From Octopus sinensis (lineage: Eukaryota): a stretch of DNA of 64,000 nucleotides. The notes beneath the pieces are model-generated. The model saw only the letters and a list, made by a program, of their open reading frames with translations, made no database searches and was not told the DNA's origin. Shown in pieces: positions 11,885 to 24,136 of the stretch. Position 1 is the stretch's first letter. Each line of letters starts with the position of its first letter. Position numbers and translations under genes: made by a program. Location of the stretch: positions 2,170,001 to 2,234,000 of the forward strand of contig NC_043006.1 in the NCBI RefSeq assembly GCF_006345805.1, in the 5' to 3' direction.

Positions 11885-12585
11885 ACAAACAGTAACAACA
11901 ATAACAACACTGCTACCACCACCACTACCACCACCAACCCCACACCACCACCACCACCACCACTACCACCACCACCACCACCACCACCAAACCACTACCA
12001 CCACCACCAACCCCCACCCACCACCACCACCACCATCACCACCACCACCACCACACACCACCACCACCACTGCCGCCGCCACCACTACATCCTAACATGA
12101 CCATCACCACCACCACCACCACCACCACCACCCACCACCACCACCACCCACCACCCACCACCACTACCACCACCACCACCACTACCACCACCACCACCAC
12201 CACCACCACCACCACCAGTAGCAACAGCAACATTGACACTAGCAGTAATATAACCTACACCACCTTCAGCACCAACAACAGCACCAACATCAACAAAATC
12301 ACTCCAGCCCTCACCACCACCACCACCACTGCCGCCGCCACCACTACATCCTAACATGACCATCACCACCACCACCCCACCACCACCACCACCACCACTA
12401 CCGCCGCCACCACTACATCCTAACATGACCATCACCACCACCACCACCACCACCACCACTACCGCCGCCACCACTACATCCTAACATGACCATCACCACC
12501 ACCACCACCACCACCACCACCACCACCACTACCGCCGCCACCACTACATCCTAACATGACCATCACCACCACTGCCACCATCACC
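11885..12585. repeat. (ACC)n tract containing a minisatellite core ACT(G/A)CCGCCGCCACCACTACATCCTAACATGACCATCACC
   Basis: Core seen five times (near 12068, 12328, 12397, 12458, 12530), separated by variable (ACC)n. Confidence 0.92.
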
Positions 12586-12650
12586 TTTAGTTTCCCCTCA
12601 TAGTCAGAAAGTATTGGAAATCTTTCTTATCTCTTTTCAATCCCTTTTAC

Positions 12651-12676
12651 TCAAGAAAGAGGAAATTCTGTTTGCA
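12651..12676 (-). CDS. Candidate 26-nt microexon (CKQNFLFL+GA, phase 0 to 2)
   Basis: Strong acceptor tttttcttgtttcag|, moderate donor TGA|GTAAAA; links 13505-13557 to 11672-11771 in frame. Confidence 0.3.
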
Positions 12677-13099
12677 CTGAAACAAGAAAAAACAAAAACA
12701 AAACCACAACAACAACAACATCAAGAAATAGCAACATTGACAATAACAGCAACAACAAAACAACTCTAACACCAACATCCCAAAAGTCTCAAAGACATCT
12801 AAACAATTCCAAGGAAAAAATTTGATGGTTCTTTTATTTTTCTTAGTTTCTGTCCCAAAGTCATTAATGTCTTGTTTCGTAAGTAAACACACACACACAC
12901 ACACACATGCATGTATGTATGTATGTGCGTGTGTGTGTATGTGTATGTGTGTGTGTGTGCGTGCGTGTGTGTGTGTATGTGTGTGTGTGTGCGTGTGTGT
13001 GTATGTGTATGTGTGTGTGTGTATGTGCGTGCGTGTGTGTGTGTATGCTTGTATTTGCATGTGCACTTATATATATCTATATCTAAATAATATGTGTAC

Positions 13100-13129
<30 letters not shown>

Positions 13130-13139
<10 letters not shown>

Positions 13140-13234
13140 ATATTTATATTTATATATATAACTATAGTTAGATAGATATAGATATATATATATTCACATC
13201 TGTCTATCTATCCATCTATCTATCTATCTATCTA

Positions 13235-13292
<58 letters not shown>

Positions 13293-13385
13293 TATAATGT
13301 ATGTATTAATATATATATAAATGTATATATATGTATGATGTATGCATAAATATATATATATATATATATATACATATGATGTATA

Positions 13386-13416
<31 letters not shown>

Positions 13417-13899
13417 TATATATATATATATATATACATAAACGCAAACTCACTCGTACACTCTTATATACACTACTTAATTCAGCTGTGCCAAAGCCGC
13501 TCACATGTTCCACACCAGCCGTTGATGTTGTGACCTTCACACAGAGGAAATGCTGGCCTATGCCACCGGTAAATAACAAAATAAACAACTTAGAAAATAA
13601 ACGGAGAATTCCAGATAAAACTAAAACTTCCATTACGATGACATTTAGTGAAAGAATTCGCCAATTGCAGTATTAAGTTGGATGAATGGAAGCTTGTTGT
13701 TTCTAACATACAAGTAAATATATGTAGATCTGCCTTTAGCTGTGGCGAGTGTGTGTGTAGGGTGTTTGTATACACATATACACGCTTACATATACATGCA
13801 TGCATATATATAGATATATATATATATCTATATATATATATATATATATATACATATATATACATATGTATATATATATGTATATATATGATGTATATA

Positions 13900-13945
<46 letters not shown>

Positions 13946-13952
13946 GTATATA

Positions 13953-13998
<46 letters not shown>

Positions 13999-14275
13999 TG
14001 TATATGTAAGCGTGTATATGTATATATTATATATATATATATATATGTAAGCGTGTGTATATAGATATATATATTATATATATATATATTATATATATAT
14101 ATACACATATATATATGCATATGTATATATATGTATATATATATAAATATATATATATGTAAGTATGTATGTATGTATGTATGACACACCAGACATATAT
14201 AAATATATAATATATACAAATATACAATATACATGAGTATACATATGTATATCTATCTATGTATGTATATATATA
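13130..14275. repeat. Long (TA)n/(TATG)n/(CA)n compound microsatellite around a unique island (13440-13760)
   Basis: Direct reading. Confidence 0.95.
13505..13557 (-). CDS. Candidate coding exon (G-QHFLCVKVTTSTAGVEH, phase 1 to 0; alternative frame PAFPLCEGHNINGWCGT)
   Basis: T-rich acceptor ending ggcatag|, donor CAT|GTGAGC; sits in a unique island inside microsatellite. Confidence 0.4.
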
Positions 14276-14659
14276 TAGCAATACTCTTATCATCACCATC
14301 ATCATTTAACGTCCATGTTCCATGCTAGCATGGGTTAGATCAGTATGTATATACATAGATACAAATATACAAGGAGAGAAGAGAGAGAGAGAGAGAGAGA
14401 CATACTTATACAAATAATATATACGTCTTGTTACTTGTTTCAGTCGTTGGGTTGTGGCCATGCTGGAGCACTGCATTGAAGGGTTTTAGTCAAATGAATT
14501 GATCCTACTATTTATCTTTGTTTTATTCCATTGGTCTGTTATGCTGAACTGCGAAATTGCGAGGATGCAAACAAACTAAGACTGGGGTTCAAGTGGTAGT
14601 GTGAACAAACACAAAGACACACCCACATAGATAATATATACATACATACATACGTACAT

Positions 14660-15060
14660 GTGTTGGGCCTAATGGAGACGAGGTTCTCTGAGTTCCTTCT
14701 GAGTGGGCCTCATAGAGGCAAGGTGGCTGAGTTCCTTTCGAGTGTTGGGCCTCACAGAGGCAATGACCAAGACCTTTGGCATTATGTCGTGCTTGAGAAG
14801 AAAACCCATCAAGCTGAGCAAAATCACAGTTGTGGCAGATCTGGTGTCTTGCAAATGGCAACTATGCCGGTGGCATGTAAAGGCACCCATTACATTCTCG
14901 GAGTGGTTAGCATTAGGAAGGGCATCCAGCTATAGAAAACCAAGCCAAATCAGACTGGATCCTGGAGCAGGCTTCCAGCGTGCCAGCTCAGTTAAACTGT
15001 CCAGCCCATGCCAGCATGGACAATGGACGTTAAATGATGATGATGATGATGATGATGATA
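14660..15060 (+). mobile_element. RTE-clade LINE 3' UTR fragment ending in (GAT)n
   Basis: ttaggaagggcatccagctatagaaa...gacgttaaatgatgatgat. Confidence 0.85.
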
Positions 15061-15124
15061 ATATATGTATGTATATATGTATCTTTCTCTCTCTCTCTCT
15101 TTGTATATATTTCTTTTTTTTATT

Positions 15125-15530
15125 CTTTAACTTGTTTCAGTCATTTGATTGCAGCCATGCTGGAGCACTGCCTTTAGTCAAACTGACCCCCAGAACTTAT
15201 TCTTTGTAAGCCTAGTACTTATTCTATCAGTCTTTTTTGCCAAACTGCTAAATTACGAGGATGTAAACACACCAACATCAATTGTCAAGTGATAGTGGGG
15301 CGACAAACACAGACACACACAGACACACACAGACACACACACACACACACACACACAACACACACACACACACACACACAGATACGATGGGCTTCTTTCA
15401 GTTTCCGTCTAACAAATCCACTCACATGGCTTCGGTCAGTAGAAGATACTTGCTCAAGGTGACACACAGGGGGACTGAACCCAGGACCATGTGGTGGGGA
15501 AGCAAGCTTCTTACCAAGCAACCATATGAA
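15125..15530 (-). mobile_element. tRNA-derived SINE, working family A
   Basis: Aligns with 20568-20960: 3' end cttgtttcagtcatttga, internal (CA)n, head accatgtgg..gcaagcttcttacc. Confidence 0.9.
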
Positions 15531-16469
15531 TTTTAAACACACACATATGTACATATATATAGGTGTGTGTATAAGATTGCATGTATGTATATTTGTGTGC
15601 AAGAATATGTGTGTCTGGTTACACACCTGGAGTACACATCTATGCATTTGCATGTATTCATGTATATTCATTGACATGGCTGTGTGTGGGTAGGGGTTTC
15701 TCTTCTCAGGTTTGTATGTTTATATGTGCAGGTATATGTTTGTGCATGTATATACATGTGTGCATGTGTGTGTGAGTGTGTGTGCACTTACATGCATATG
15801 TGATGACTGTTAGAGGCCTGACCAGTAGGGACCACTTCCTTCCAAAGGTAAAAAATGGGTTTGCATAGGGCCAATACCTTTACCTAGGAAAAAAAGCTAA
15901 GTTACCGAAACATTGATGGTAATCCTAGACCTGGGGAAGGAAGGCCTTTCCTCTAGGAAACATATGTTATAGTTCAGCAAAATCTGGAAGCAGGAATCCA
16001 GCTGGGGGAGAGCAGAAAAGAGGGGCCAGAGTTGAGAACAGCAAAGACAAGACTTCGAGGGACTCGGCCCCATAGGGAACAAAGGGCTGAAGTAAGTAAA
16101 AGTTCCAAGCTGGCATTGGTTGGATTAATTGTCCCTGTCAGGACCCTTTCTTAAAGAAAGCCACTGCTCTCCGAAACTGGGGTTTGTATGTGTCCTTTGG
16201 GTTGGCTTCTTGAGGGGGATGCCCTTTCTCTTGCCAAACACATTACAGAGTGTTCTGGGTGCATTTTCTCATGGCACCAACACTTGAGCAATTAACAAGT
16301 CCTTAGTGTAACAGGAATAAAGGGGCCACGCAACCCTGTGCTTTCTCCACTTGTTTGCCATCCGCTTTCCAGTTTGCACAGCAGTGCTGGATTAACCATT
16401 AAGCAAAATAAACATGTGTTTAGGGCTCTACAGAAATGGTAAATGGCTCACAGCAGAAAAGAATTCCTT

Positions 16470-16698
16470 TTAACCCTTTCGTTAACGTATTTCTGTTGAG
16501 ATGCTCTCTGTTTCTTTCAGTTACTTTAAATATAACAAAGAATTTAATAAAATAACTTGGTTTATCATTCTGCTAGTGTTAGGAACATAAATTGTGACTA
16601 AGGTTTGGTGGAAGATTTTAATTGAAAACTTACGAAAACAAGACATTTGTACTACAGAGCCAGAGCCGGTTTCAGCCGGGTGGTAACGAAAGGGTTAA
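16470..16698 (+). mobile_element. piggyBac-type MITE, family 1
   Basis: TTAA-CCCTTTCGTTA ... TAACGAAAGGG-TTAA. Confidence 0.9.
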
Positions 16699-16922
16699 CC
16701 CTTTAGCAATCAGATTACTTTGTCAAATGTAAAGCTTATTTGTTCACATTGATTTGAATTAATCATGCATTATCTCACAGCTTTGAGATTTTGATGATGT
16801 GATTGGTTATTTTTAGAAGGACATTGAAGGGTAGGTGTGAGAGGTTGAATCTGGCTGGTTTGAACATAAAACAGGTAGAATATTTAGGCCAGATTTGACC
16901 AGTTTGAACGTGAAAGGGTTAA
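16695..16922 (+). mobile_element. piggyBac-type MITE, family 2
   Basis: TTAA-CCCTTT ... AAAGGG-TTAA; internal sequence matches 49275-49501. Confidence 0.9.
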
Positions 16923-17249
16923 ACTTGCTAAAATAATATTCAAAGTGATCTGCATGATTGAAAATATAGTTCCAAAATGTTCATGGTGTCAGAGTGAGAA
17001 TCTGATTCAACACAGATAGGAGTGAAAAATATAGGAGAAAACATTTCATGTTGCTGGTTTCATTTTGAAAAATCAAAAGCTATTTTAAGGTTTATTACTG
17101 TTTATATTTTGAATTACATATATATGGGGGACCCAAAATCTTTGTAGAGCTTAGGGCCTCTATGGGTCTTAATCAGGCCCTGCTATACAGGGTGAATGTA
17201 TGTATCTTTCTCTTTCTTTCTCTCTCTTTGTATTTATTTCTTTTCTCTA

Positions 17250-17450
17250 TTCTTTAAGTTGTTTCAGTCATTTGATTGCAGCCATGCTGGAGCACCGCCT
17301 TTAGTCAAATAAACTCACCTCAGGACTTATTCTTTGTGAGCCTAGTAATTATTCTATCAGTCTCTTTTGCCAAACTGCTAAGTTACGAGGACGTAAACAC
17401 ACCAGTATCAGTTGTCAAGTGATAGTGGGGGGACAAGCACAGACACACAC

Positions 17451-17481
<31 letters not shown>

Positions 17482-17570
17482 GATACGGCAGGCTTCTTTC
17501 AGTTTCTGTCTACCAAATCCACTCACAAGGCTTTGGTCGGCCGGAGGCAATAGTAGAAGACACTTGCCCA
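17250..17570 (-). mobile_element. SINE family A, head truncated
   Basis: Aligns with other family A copies; stops at agaagacacttgccc. Confidence 0.88.
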
Positions 17571-17856
17571 ACACTCAACACTAGAGTTATTAGGTCTTCA
17601 ATGATACAGGACTGAGGGACATTTCAACCCTACCTTACCCCTACTTTACTCCTACTTTTCTTTTACTTGCTCCCTAACTACTCAAGAGGGTGTGCAGAAG
17701 GGAGAGGGTTTGTGCGTGCATGTTCATGGTGGTGGTGTTGGGGACAGGGGTCTCTTTCTATCATGGCGTCTGTATATGAGGTGGAGTGCTTTGTACACTG
17801 TAAGTGTAAAGACTGCTTAAATAACTTATATGTGTGCTGTCACTCAGGTAATGTGA

Positions 17857-18086
17857 TTAACCTTTTCGTTACCAACACGGCTGAAACCACCTCTCTGGCT
17901 CTGAGTACAAATGTCTTGCTTTCATAAGTTTTGAATTAAAATCTTCCACCAAACCTTAATCACAATTTATGTTCCTAATGCTAGCTGAATGATAACTAAG
18001 TTATTTTACTAAATCCTTTGTTATATTTAAAGTAACTGAAAGACACACAAAGCATCTCAACAGAAATACAGTAACAAAAGGGTTAA
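17857..18086 (-). mobile_element. piggyBac-type MITE, family 1, inverted relative to 16470-16698
   Basis: TTAA-CCTTTTCGTTAC ... GTAACAAAAGGG-TTAA; internal sequence is the reverse complement of the first copy. Confidence 0.9.
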
Positions 18087-18929
18087 GTGAGCATCAGTGA
18101 AAGGTTTGAAGAGTGAGTAAAAAGAACAAGAGTAAGATAGCAGAAAGGGAGTTATTGAGGTGGAGACAAGAGGGAAAGTGTTTGTCAATGATAGGGGCAG
18201 AAAAAGCAAGAGTAAGTGATGGGAGACCAATAGAAGTGGCTATGAAGAGAGAGTGATGGATGATTACAGACAGGTTGATATGAATTGTATAGGGTACAGA
18301 CCATTTGATACAATCTCTTAATCATAAGCCAAGAGATGGAAGACTAAAGCTAACTGATGACAATGCTTCAGTGCAGTCTTAAAAGAAATGGAACCAGAAT
18401 GTATGAACAGTGGCCATGAACAGCAAAGTACAAAACGTGTATATAAAAATATATCATCACTTGTGATGTTGGCCACCTTCCTTCACATCTACATCCTTAT
18501 CATATATAATAATATCTATATATATATATATATATATATATTATTCTTATTCTTTTGTTCTTTTACTTGTTTCAGTCATTTGACTGCAACCTTCACTGCC
18601 TTTAGTCAAAGAAATCGACCCCAGGACTTACTCTTTGTAAGCCTAGAACTTATTCTATCAGTCTCTATTTGCCAAACTGCTAAGTTATGGGGGATGTAAA
18701 CACACCAACACACCAACATCGGTTGTCAAGTGATGGTGGCAGGAATAAACACACACACACACACATATAAATGATTAGGATGTAGATAGTGATGGGAGAT
18801 GGCCAACGAGGTTGTTTGCCAACATCACAAATGATGATTTCTCTGTTAGTCTTCTTGTCATTCATTATACCTCTTGTGCTCCAGCATGACCACAGTCCTA
18901 TGACTGAAACCATTGACATAAAAGAATAG

Positions 18930-19830
18930 CTTACACTGGGTGTAGTATATAGAGTCCCTACCAACCCCTTCTCAGCATATCAAACAAGGCCATTTCCCTG
19001 ACAGTATCAAGGTCTTGTCTTCTTTCCTCCTAACTAAAACCTTAGGCTTTGTTAAATTCATTTCGAGGCCTCCCAATTCTCAGTTTCACTTTCATCTTCA
19101 TGTCTAGAAGTCCTTCGCTAATTCTTTTATAGATCCTGCTGTAACAGACAGATCACCAGGATACAAGAATTCTCATGGACAGCCAGTTTTGGACTCTTGT
19201 GTGATGGCCTGTAGCATGGCACTCAGTCGGTTTTGACGATGAGGGTTCCAGTTGATCCGATCAACGGAACAGCCTGCTCGTGAAATTAACGTGCAAGTGG
19301 CCGAGTGTTCCACAGACACGTGTACCCTTAACGTAGTTGTCGGAGAGATCCAGTGTGACGCAGAGTGTGACAAGGCTGGCCCTTTGAAATACAGGTACAA
19401 CAGAAACAGGAAGAATGAGTGAGAGAAAGTTGTGCTGAAAGGGTACAGCAGGGTCTGACACCACCCCTTGCCAGGGCCTTGAAGAGCTTTTAGGCATTTT
19501 CGCTCAATAAACACTCACAACGCCCAGTCTGGGAATTGAAACTGAAATCCTACGACTGCAAGTCTGCTGCACTAACCACTGGGCCATTGAGCCTCCACTG
19601 TGATGGCCTATAAAACTATGACAAATAGGAAGAGAATGAACAGTGAACTTTGTTGGGCCCCAAACTTCCACATCAAATGCATCACTGACTTTCACTTTAC
19701 TCACAGCATCTTTGGACATAGTTTGTACACCCCTAACGAGCCATTCATTTGTAGCTAATTTCCTTAGTGTCCACCAGATTAATGAGTGAGTAACCCTTTC
19801 AAAGGTCGTCTCATGCCATTTGGGGTACCA
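18930..19830 (-). pseudogene. Degraded RTE RT fragment split by a SINE
   Basis: Minus-strand translation: FERVTHSLIWWTLRKL..EWLV, LQAITQESKTGCP*EFLY, MNLTKPKVLV, GKWPCLIC*EGVGRDSI. Confidence 0.85.
19213..19597 (-). mobile_element. SINE with family-B tRNA head and a different 3' body; 14-bp TSD
   Basis: Head matches 28782-29078; body matches the degraded unit at about 31060-31220; TSD tgtgatggcctgta / tgtgatggcctata. Confidence 0.85.
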
Positions 19831-19950
19831 CTTGCTGTATATACATACATGTATATGTATAACGTGGTTTCCATGTGGCCATTGGCCATTTTCCTTTCTA
19901 TGCGTATAGATGTAAGTATGTACATATACGTATGTACATATGCATATATA

Positions 19951-19986
<36 letters not shown>

Positions 19987-20009
19987 TATATATGTATCAT
20001 CATCATCAT

Positions 20010-20535
20010 CATCATTTAACGTCCGCTTTCCATGCTAGCATGGGTTGGACGGTTCAACTGGGGTCTGGGGAGCCCGAAGGCTGCACCAGGCCAGTCAGAT
20101 CTGGCAGTGTTTCTACAGCTGGATGCCCTTCCTAACGCCAACCACTCCGAGAGTGTAGTGGGTGATTTTATGTGCCACCGACACAGGTGCCAGACGAGGC
20201 TGGCGAACGCCACGCTCGGATGGTGTTTTTATGTGCCACCGACACAGGTGCCAGACGAGGCTGGCGAACGGCCACGCTCGGATGGTGGTGTTTTTATGTG
20301 CCACGGACACAGGTGCCAGACGAGGCTGACGAACGGCCACGATCGGATGGTGTTTCTTACGTGCCCACAGCACGGAGGCCAGTCGATGCGGACTGGCTAC
20401 GGCCACGCGTTCGGATGGTTTACTTGTGTGCCACCGGCACTGGTACCACAAAGATACAAATTCCATTGATGTTCATCTATTTTGATTTGATTTGATTTGA
20501 TTTTCACTTGCCTCAACAGGTCTTCACAAGTAAAG
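20010..20535 (-). mobile_element. RTE LINE 3' UTR with internal ~60-bp tandem repeats
   Basis: (CAT)n-tttaacgtccgctttccatgctagcatggg start; repeated ttatgtgccac..gacacaggtgccagacgaggctg..cggatgg units. Confidence 0.88.
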
Positions 20536-20567
20536 TGTCACATATATGTATATATATGTATATATTA

Positions 20568-20960
20568 CTCTTTACTGTTTCAGTCATTTGACTGCGGCCA
20601 TGCTGGAGCACCGCCTTAGTCGAGCAAATCAACCCCAGGACTTATTCTTTGTAAGCCAGTACTTATTCATCGGTCCTTTTGCCGAACCGCTAAATGATGG
20701 GGACGTAAACACACACAGCATCGGTTGTCAAGCAATGCTAGGGGGACAAACACAGACACACCAAACATATACACACACACTTATATATATACATATATAC
20801 GACAGGTTCTTTCAGTTTCCGTCTACAAATCCACTCACAAGGCATTGGTCGGCCCGGGGCTATAGCAGAAGACACTTGCCCAAGATGCCACGCAGTGGGA
20901 CTGAACCCGGAACCATGTGGTGGTTAGCAAGCTACTTACCACACAGCCACTCCTGCGCCT
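20568..20960 (-). mobile_element. Full-length SINE family A (octopus tRNA-derived SINE type)
   Basis: Minus strand reads ggcgcaggagtggctgtgtggtaagtagc (A box) ... gggttcagtccc (B box) ... ccagcatggccgcagtcaaatgactgaaac. Assignment to named octopus families (OK/OR1/OR2) not possible here. Confidence 0.92.
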
Positions 20961-21189
20961 ATATATATATGTATGTATATATATGTATATATATGATATA
21001 TATATATATATATATATATATGTATTGTATGTATATATATGTATATATATATATGTTATATATATATATATATATAGAATATATATATAATTATATATAT
21101 ATATATAAATATATACACATTCATATATACACATTCATATATATACACATACATATATATATATTATATATTAATTATATTATTATATG

Positions 21190-21850
21190 ATTGAACGCCA
21201 CGCATCCTCTTCCAAGTAAGTTTATCTTAATAATTCTGACGTGCCTTCTATACGATCTTTTTACACTTTCGTTTTTCTCTCTTTTTCTCTCTTATTCTTT
21301 TACCCCCTCTTCTTCCACTATTCTATCCTATTACTCTGTCACTCTCGCTCCCTCACTCCCCCTCCTTACTCACGTGGCTTCCAGGTGACCATTGGCCATT
21401 TTCCTTTATTTCTCTCCGTTGTAGCTGGAACAAGGAAGACATGTTCTTGTCTGTCTCTTGTCCAAGCTTGATTTACGTGTTCGCCACCACAATTTCGTTT
21501 AGGCTTAGCAGCACTTTCCGTTTGTTTTCACTGTCCTGTTTGTGTTAACAATTTCGACCCTCTGCAAAATCCTGAATTTTATTTAATTTGCTTTGTGGGG
21601 ACAACTGTTTTATCAAAAGTGTATATTGTTGTTAAAAGCTCGAAATACGAGACTAGAAAAACAGCCAACAACTGATGAAGGGTCGTTCTTTATGCTGTTT
21701 GTTTTGTTTTTTCATTTGTGTCTTTTGTTGTTTGAAAGAATAATTCATGTACTTGTTCTTTGTATTTTTTTGTTGTACATGTTTCGTGATGTCCTCTGCC
21801 CACATATGCATATATATGTATACGTATAGATGTAAGTATGTACATATATT
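21190..21850. mobile_element. Unclassified interspersed repeat embedded in (TA)n
   Basis: Both ends recur joined together at 19861-19925; flanked by TA microsatellites. Confidence 0.45.
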
Positions 21851-22405
21851 TATGTATACATGCATATATATATTATTTATATTATTATTATTATATATAT
21901 ATATATATATTTACATGTATGAATGTAAATCTCTCTCTATATATATATATTTATTATTTACACACACATGCAAACACACATGCTCTCTCTTTCTCTCTCA
22001 CAGACACACCATCATCATCATCAACATCCTCATCATTTAATGTTCATGCTAGCAACACTCACATATGTGTATATTTGTATGTATGTATGTATGTATGTGT
22101 GTGTATATACATACATATCTGTATATATGTGTGTGTGCCATCTTCATCATCATCATCATCATCACCTTTTAACATCCATTTTCCATCTTGGCATGGGTTG
22201 GACTACACACCCACACACACACACACACACCCACCCATACCTACCCATGTGTCGATGTTACATTTCTTTCAGCCAGTCTGTTTGTGCATCCCTCTCTTTA
22301 CATCCAACTTTTTGTTCATCTTCCTCTCCAGCCCCAGTTTATCCGTATTTAGCTTGGTAACTCCCTGATTCTCTCAAGCCATTTAGCTCTCCATCCCTCT
22401 GTATT

Positions 22406-22437
<32 letters not shown>

Positions 22438-22685
22438 TGTGTGTGTATGAATATGTATATGCATATACATATGTATGTGTGTGTGTGCATATATATACAT
22501 ATATATACATATATACATATATACATATATATATGTGCATATATATATAGTAAATACACACACACACATATATATATTTATGCATATATGCATACACTAT
22601 ACCTATATATATATAAATATACGTATGCACTCACATATTTATACATACATACATTACATATACATTGACAAAAACTCCTTGAACA

Positions 22686-22724
<39 letters not shown>

Positions 22725-23038
22725 CACATACATATATCTATATCTATCTATCTATCTATCTATCTCTCTCTCTATATATATAAATATATGTATATATATA
22801 TATATACATACACACACATACATACATCACACATACACGCACACATCATAATCACCCCTTCTCTCTCCCTCTCTCTCTCTCTCTTTCTCCCCATCATAGC
22901 TTCATGTATCTTTAATTAGTTAAGACTTCTCAACAGTGGACATATTTACTAGGTATTGTTCTCTGGAACATTGGCATTACAAATTTGGGCCAGAAGCCAT
23001 CATGTCTACTTGTTTCAGAACTACATCAAAAGAAATAC

Positions 23039-23156
23039 CTTCCTTCTCCTGTTTGTTCGTATTGATGAACTGGCGTGGCACTTTTTTTGCCTCATTCTTT
23101 AATTCTTTAGTTTGTCTCTTGTCTTTTATTACGGCTTGTTTTTCAAGACTCTCTCT
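23039..23156 (-). CDS. Candidate coding exon (RESLEKQAVIKDKRQTKELKNEAKKVPRQFINTNKQEKE+G, phase 0 to 1)
   Basis: K/E-rich open frame in unique sequence; acceptor gtatttagcctag|, donor AAG|GTATTT. If unspliced, the frame runs to TAA after ...ASGPNL. Confidence 0.55.
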
Positions 23157-24004
23157 CTAGGCTAAATACCGGTTGGTTGATATAAATCAAAACAGAACTC
23201 TACACACACATACATGCACACACAAATGCACAAACACACAGACACTTATATACATGCACACATACATAAATAAATATATAAATAAATATATACATACATA
23301 CATACATACATGCACACATACATACATACATACAGAAATAAATATATACATACATATATATATACATACATACTGTGTACACACATAATGCATACACGCA
23401 CATATGTATACATAAAGCCCATCCCATCACGGGTAGTTGTTATAAAGCAGTAGAGTAGGTGGTCTTGGTGGTGGTAGTGGTGATGGTGATGACGATGATG
23501 ATGACGACATTGATGATGTTGATGTCAAAACAGCCTCACACTCATATCCGCATAAAGATAGCTACGTAGACATAAACAGAATGAAATGATAACCCTTACA
23601 CACACACACACACACACACACAACACACACACACACACATGTACACACACACACACACATGTACACACACATGTACACATAAAGCTAGGTGTTCGAATAC
23701 ATACAAATCAATATAGTCACACAGACAAAAAGACAGCTGTATACACATACACATAAAAGAGAGTTATACATATATGTACACAAACTTAGCCTCAAATAAC
23801 ACACGCATGTATACATGCACGGATAACCACACCCATATATATACAACAAAAGATAGCCTGCACACACTTATGCACGCAAAGACACCTACAGACAACTGCA
23901 CACATAGATAACCATTGATAACAATCCACAAATTTATATATATATCTATCTGTCTATCTATCTATCTATCTATCTATCAATCTATCTATCTACCTATCTA
24001 TCTC

Positions 24005-24054
<50 letters not shown>

Positions 24055-24084
24055 AATCTATCTATCTATCTATCTATCTATCTC

Positions 24085-24136
<52 letters not shown>

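Larger units (their letters stand above)
16382..17182. mobile_element. hAT-like MITE carrying two nested piggyBac-type MITEs
   Basis: Ends CAGTGCTGGATTAA / TTAATCAGGCCCTG (11/14 inverted match); possible degenerate 8-bp TSD ttgcacag/ctatacag. Confidence 0.55.

Noticed and set aside
21636-21690. Type-II hammerhead from gctcGAAA...CTGATGAagggtc
   Set aside because: Core words are present in a possible order, but stems I and III cannot form.
22936-23160. Plus-strand ORF MDIFTRYCSLEHW...
   Set aside because: In-register antisense of the K/E-rich minus frame, which has the better splice signals.
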